From Eledone cirrhosa (Eukaryota), in assembly GCA_964016885.1 (NCBI GenBank), contig OZ024744.1, forward strand, positions 40,114,001-40,178,000: 64,000 nt of DNA, given 5' to 3'. Position 1 is the stretch's first letter, and every line of letters begins with the position of its first letter. The translations under genes and the position numbers were made by a program. Shown one piece after another: positions 61,044 to 64,000 of the stretch. The notes below the pieces were generated by a model. That model saw only the letters and a program-made list of their open reading frames with translations, did not search any database and had not been told where the DNA came from.

Positions 61044-61230
61044 AATTGTTTCTACTTTTGGCACAAGGCCAGCAATTATCCCAGTACATAACTGGTACTT
61101 TATTTTATCGACCCCGTAAGGATGAAAGGCAAAGTTAACCTCAGCGGGATTTGAACTCAGACCTTAAAGGGCCGTAACTCTATGCTGCAAAGCATGGCAT
61201 CATACCCTCTACCGATACTGCCAATCTACC
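61043..61230 (-). mobile_element. SINE-A
   Basis: Matches the family consensus. Confidence 0.88.
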
Positions 61231-62349
61231 TCGATCTGTACTAATAATAAATATATATATTATGAATAAGAGAGAGGGTTTTATGTGTACATCATCTTTT
61301 TATTACATAGTTCTGTTCACAGATGTCAGAGTGGTTGCATAATAACCTCATATGTTCTCTCCGTTGTGTTTACATTGCTGTCCAGTTGTCATATTGAATA
61401 CACACTCACACACATACGCACATATATATGTGTGTATGCTGTCACCCTTTATGGGTACCAGCAGAGCTATATCTAAGGAAAGTAGCACCTATGGCAACAG
61501 TGAAATTGTGCCCCTATGCAAACATAATTTATATAAATAGTTTAATGATCCAGCCACCATAGGTCTTCTCACATGATAATCAAAGACAGATCATACATCT
61601 GAAGAAGTTTCTTTTTTCACTCTTGGCCATAGCTTATCTGACTTTAATAGGAAGTGCTCCTAGTCTAAGTGGCACCACCCCCTTTCATGTGGGACCCAAG
61701 GCATGTGCCATGCTTGCTATACCTGTCAAATTTCTGGATAGATCTAAAGACTATTGAGAAACTATAATTATTGCTAGTTTTTTAGTTAAGATGTTAGAAT
61801 ATTCAGATAATTATTTTGTTGGATGTAACACATACCAAACACACACACACACACACACACACACAGAGAGACACAGACACATGCACACACAGACACTCAC
61901 ACTCGCTCTCTCTCACACACACACACGCTCACATACACATGTACACACTGACTCTCACACATACACAGACACTCACACCCGCTCATACACACACACACAC
62001 ACTTACACTCACAAACACACGCACACACATAGACACACACACTCACACACACAAACTCATATACACACAAAAAAACAAAACAAGCAAACCAAAATAATCT
62101 GTCAAGATTAAGTTTCAATGTATTTCTATTTACACTTATTTTCTTATAAAACAGGCAGCCTGAAAATAAATTGAAAATATGTTTCACTTAAAAAATAATT
62201 TGTTCTTATCACTTTAAATTACAATAAGTTATTGGTGAAAAAAAAAAGTCAACATTAAATTTCAATATATTTCTATGTTTTTATATGGATTTGTAAGTCT
62301 ATGAATAATTTATGATTAAGTCTAATAATTCATGACTATTATGATTTGC

Positions 62350-62672
62350 GGTCTGAGTTCAAATTCTGCTGAGGTTAACTTTGCCTTTCAACATTACAGG
62401 GTTGATAAAATAAAGTACCAGTAATACACTGGTGTTATTGCTGGCCTTGTGCCAAAATGTAGAAGCAATTATGTCTTTTTTGGTATATAATATGCTTTGC
62501 AGCATTGAGTTACGTTCCTTTACATTCTGAGTTCAAATCCCGCTGAAGTTAGCTTTGCCTTTCATCCTTGCAGGATCAATAAAGTAAAGCACCAGTAACA
62601 TACTGGGGTCGATTTAATCAACTTTCCTTCCCCTAAAATAGTTGGCCTTGTGCCTAAATCAGAAACCATTAT
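62350..62672 (+). mobile_element. Two tandem older SINE-A copies
   Basis: CTGAGTTCAAAT..CTTTGCCTTTCA..GGCCTTGTGCC occurs twice. Confidence 0.8.
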
Positions 62673-62786
62673 GCCTTTTGGTATATTTCATGCCAATTAA
62701 TATGTCTTTGACCAATTTGTTTTTCAGCCAATATGGCTTCAGCCAGTGTGTTTTGATAAGTGTGCTGTATACCCATATATGGTGAC

Positions 62787-62887
62787 GATCATCATCATCG
62801 TTGTCACCATTGTCATCGTCGTCATTGTCACCATTGTCATCACCATCATTGTCATCATCATAATCAACATCATCATTATCATCATCG

Positions 62888-62935
<48 letters not shown>

Positions 62936-63142
62936 CCACCATCATCATCATCTTCATCATCTTCATAATCATTTTCGTCATCATCATCATCATCGTCATT
63001 GTCACCATTACCATGACCACCACCACCATCATCACCATCATCATCATCATTATCATCACCACCATCACCACCACCGTCATCATCACCACCTCCACCACCA
63101 CCACCATCATCACCATTATCATCATCATCATCATCACCATCA
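62787..63142. repeat. (CAT)n array
   Basis: Direct reading. Confidence 0.97.
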
Positions 63143-63429
63143 CTGTTTTATGTTTGTTTTCCATGGTGGCACAGGTTGGATTAAAAGATGCTTACACCCG
63201 CTAGGTTTCCCAAGTGCTCACCCATCTAACTCTTTACAATCCTTTTTTAAGACAACACATACACACACACTCTCTCTCTTTTTTCTTTTCTCTTCTCTCT
63301 ATTTCTTTTTCCTTTCATTCTGTTTTTGTCTTTTCTTTTCTTTTTATCAGTATCTTTTGTCTCCTTTTCTCTATCTTTATTTCCTGTCCCACTTCTTCTC
63401 TCTCCTTCTCAGAAATCCTATATATCTCT

Positions 63430-63545
63430 CTCTATATATGAAATTCTTTGTCTGTCTGTCTGTCTGTCTGTCTATGCATTCTCAAATGGCTGGACCAAAT
63501 CAAATCAAATTTTACAAGGTAATACCCCGGGAGTGTCAACATGTA
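63430..63545 (+). mobile_element. Possible Helitron-like 5' end
   Basis: TCTATATATGAAA..(GTCT)n..GGCTGGACCAAATC..AAATTTT parallels 1692-1765. Confidence 0.4.
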
Positions 63546-64000
63546 ATTTTTATTTTCATTTGGATTAAAAAAATATAATATTGTATCTAAAATAACATTT
63601 CTATAGTGAACTATAGTAAACCACAACAATGATGATGATGAATCACATTTTATATATGAGTGTGTATGTGTAAGTGAGTGTGTGTGTGTTTGTGAGTTTG
63701 TTACTATGTAAGTTGCATGCACATTATCTTCACACACAGACAATTAAACACACACACACATGTACTCATATAGATACATATGTGATGACAGACAGGTGTG
63801 TGTGAATCTATGTCTGTGTATGTCTGTCTTAGTATATGTATGTGAGTGTGTGTGAGAGTGTGTGTGAGAGTATGTGAGAGTATATTTGTGTGTGAGTGTA
63901 TGTGTGATGATTTTCATTTTAATTTGCATTAAAACAATAGAAAACAACGCACTAATGTCACATTTTCTATATTAATATGTATGTGTCTGTGAGTGTTGTG

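Noticed and set aside
62739-63578. Poly-His/Met/Ile ORFs
   Set aside because: (CAT)n microsatellite artefacts

Overview
This is AT-rich eukaryotic DNA made almost entirely of repeats; the SINE families suggest a cephalopod such as Octopus (inference). No host protein-coding gene can be supported, and most long ORFs in the track are microsatellite artefacts. The retrotransposons are: a near full-length RTE-type LINE with a PHD-like finger inside its RT (7.2-11.0 kb) plus many truncated copies; an L1/Tx1-type element in three large copies whose intact ends all abut (TTA)n; R4/Dong-type and CR1-type fragments; older RTE relics, one with C-terminal C2H2 fingers; and Penelope-like (PLE) relics. 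About 13 hammerhead-ribozyme-like cores lie in PLE-like terminal repeats, often as inverted fold-back pairs. Also present are three tRNA-derived SINE families, a pogo/Tigger derivative, Helitron-like and TTAA-flanked MITE-like elements, and mini/microsatellites. The best leads are apparent (TTA)n targeting by the Tx1-type element, conserved splice sites that would excise its whole ORF2, the hammerhead fold-back elements, and the PHD finger inside the RTE RT. All calls were made by eye and coordinates are approximate.
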